The notes beneath the pieces were generated by a model that made no database searches, had not been told where the DNA came from, and saw nothing but the letters and a program-made list of their open reading frames with translations. DNA of 64,000 bases from Marsupella aquatica. Taxonomy: Eukaryota > Plantae > Marchantiophyta. This document shows positions 62,660-64,000 of this stretch, piece after piece. How positions within the stretch are numbered: position 1 is the stretch's first letter; each line of letters starts with the position of its first letter. The stretch spans positions 26,405,972 to 26,469,971 of the forward strand of contig OZ316891.1 of assembly GCA_973895155.1 (NCBI GenBank), read 5' to 3'. Made by a program: the position numbers and the translations under genes.

Positions 62660-64000
62660 CGACCAACCAGACCCGACGGCCCCCGGATAACCCGAAGTCC
62701 AACTTATTATAGGTAATCCGCGTCCCCGAGGTAGTCTGGATCGCGATCAAGAAACTCGAACATGCGGACTATCTCAAGGAGCATCAGTTGGAGCGGTTCG
62801 CCCACTTACTATGGAGGCCGTGCGCCGCCGGGCCGAAGGAGATTTGTGAGTTCATCTCCAATTTCGACACTGATGCGTCGACCACCAAGGTTTCGGGGCA
62901 GGCCTTATCACTCACGGAGCATCGGTTAATGCAAATTTTCTGCCTACCAACCGGGCCGGTGCCGGTGGAAATCCGAATTCGGGATAAGGAGTATACGCCG
63001 CGGCACTTCAAACCCCAGGGTAAGACGGACAACGGATACAAGCAGGGGGCGTGCACCAACTTAACCTGTATGGAGCGGCTTAACTTCATACGGACTACCC
63101 TACACATGATTGAGCCACGATCCGAGATTTCCCTCTGCACGATCGTGCAGGTGGAACAGTACAAACGACGAAACTGGGCCCAATTCTTCTACCGAAGATT
63201 CTCGAGGGAGCTGAGGGTGGTATGGCTATTGGAGGGAAGACTTACTTGGGAAGTCATATCGCCATTATCCTCGCCTGGTACAAGACACGGCGGGAGGCCA
63301 GAGGAAAGAATATGGCCACCTCAGCCCCGGGTAATGTCACCCCCGCCCCAGAGGAGGCAACCCCGACTACGCGGACTACCGTCCCTCGGGCAAACCCCGA
63401 GCCGAAAGCCCCGATTAATACTCCGCAACCGCCCCCTATGGAAATTCCACCGCCTCCTTCCGTTGAGCCTCCGCTACCTGCAGTACAACCACCCCCAATC
63501 CCTCCACCACCTGAAGAAACCTTCCCCTCCCCAGCGCTGACTACGGAGGAGCTCATTGCCCCTGCCGAGGAACCACCGGTACCCGAGAGGATGGAGGACT
63601 ACCAAGTAGCCCCGGGGACCATGGCCTACGACCTGGTCCAGAAGTTTAGCCAGACTATGTCTGGGGAGCTGGCGACATACATCGGACAACAAGTCTCGGC
63701 GTACTTTCAGCCAGCCTTCTTCATGTTAGAGCACCAACCACGGATCGTCAGCCGCTTGGAAGAAGAACTCATGGCGAAGGGGAATGAGATCGGGCGTCTC
63801 CAGATGCTGGTAGAGCACCTCGAGGAGGAGGCAACGACCCGCCGCGAGGATTTAGTCCGCACTGTCGAACAGAGGGACGGACTAACCCAGGAGTTAAGCG
63901 AAGCGCAGGCCAAACTCAAGAAGCTGGACGACACCGTGCTTCAATTACGCTCAGAATCTTTGGCTCGGGTTACCAACCTGACCGACCTCAACAAACAATT
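62660..64000 (+). pseudogene. Accessory ORF of the 54756 element: conserved domain, Pro-rich linker, start of coiled coil
   Basis: LERFAHLLW..ICEFISNF..KVSGQALSLT..IFCLPTG..DNGYKQGAC aligns with 36985-37330. Confidence 0.7.

Larger units (their letters stand above)
54756..64000 (+). mobile_element. Probable gypsy long-LTR element related to the 35976 element, split by copia-2, running out of the window
   Basis: Starts TGTGACAC inside the DNMT element gag; carries an ORF homologous to the LTR ORF at 36351; no other end visible. Confidence 0.65.

Overview
A plant nuclear window (probably a non-seed land plant; inferred from the element families) made entirely of nested transposons. No ordinary host gene, rRNA or tRNA gene is visible. 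Removing insertions by their TSDs gives the following. (1) A LINE remnant split by a Ty1/copia element (433-6260, TSD CGGGA). (2) A + strand remnant of a DNA cytosine methyltransferase, hit by a solo LTR and by another Ty3/gypsy element. (3) A - strand Ty3/gypsy element (14346 to beyond 54755) whose pol reads protease, DNMT3-like C5 methyltransferase, RT, RNase H, integrase, PHD finger. (4) Inside it, a complete 16.6 kb CACTA transposon (16997-33551, TSD TTA) carrying intronless cargo ORFs: an EDM2-type PHD module, tandem BRCT, an F-box and a Cys/His-rich ORF. (5) A tRNA-Asn-primed gypsy (35976-53158, TSD CCTTT) whose ~4.7 kb LTRs contain a long ORF. It hosts a tRNA-Arg-primed gypsy with a -1 frameshift/pseudoknot signal. 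(6) A related element starting at 54756, split by a young copia (55953-62659, TSD CGACC). The standout is transposon-encoded chromatin machinery: a methylation writer plus histone reader in one retroelement polyprotein, and an EDM2-like reader cassette in a DNA transposon. All domain calls come from motif recognition by eye, not from database searches.
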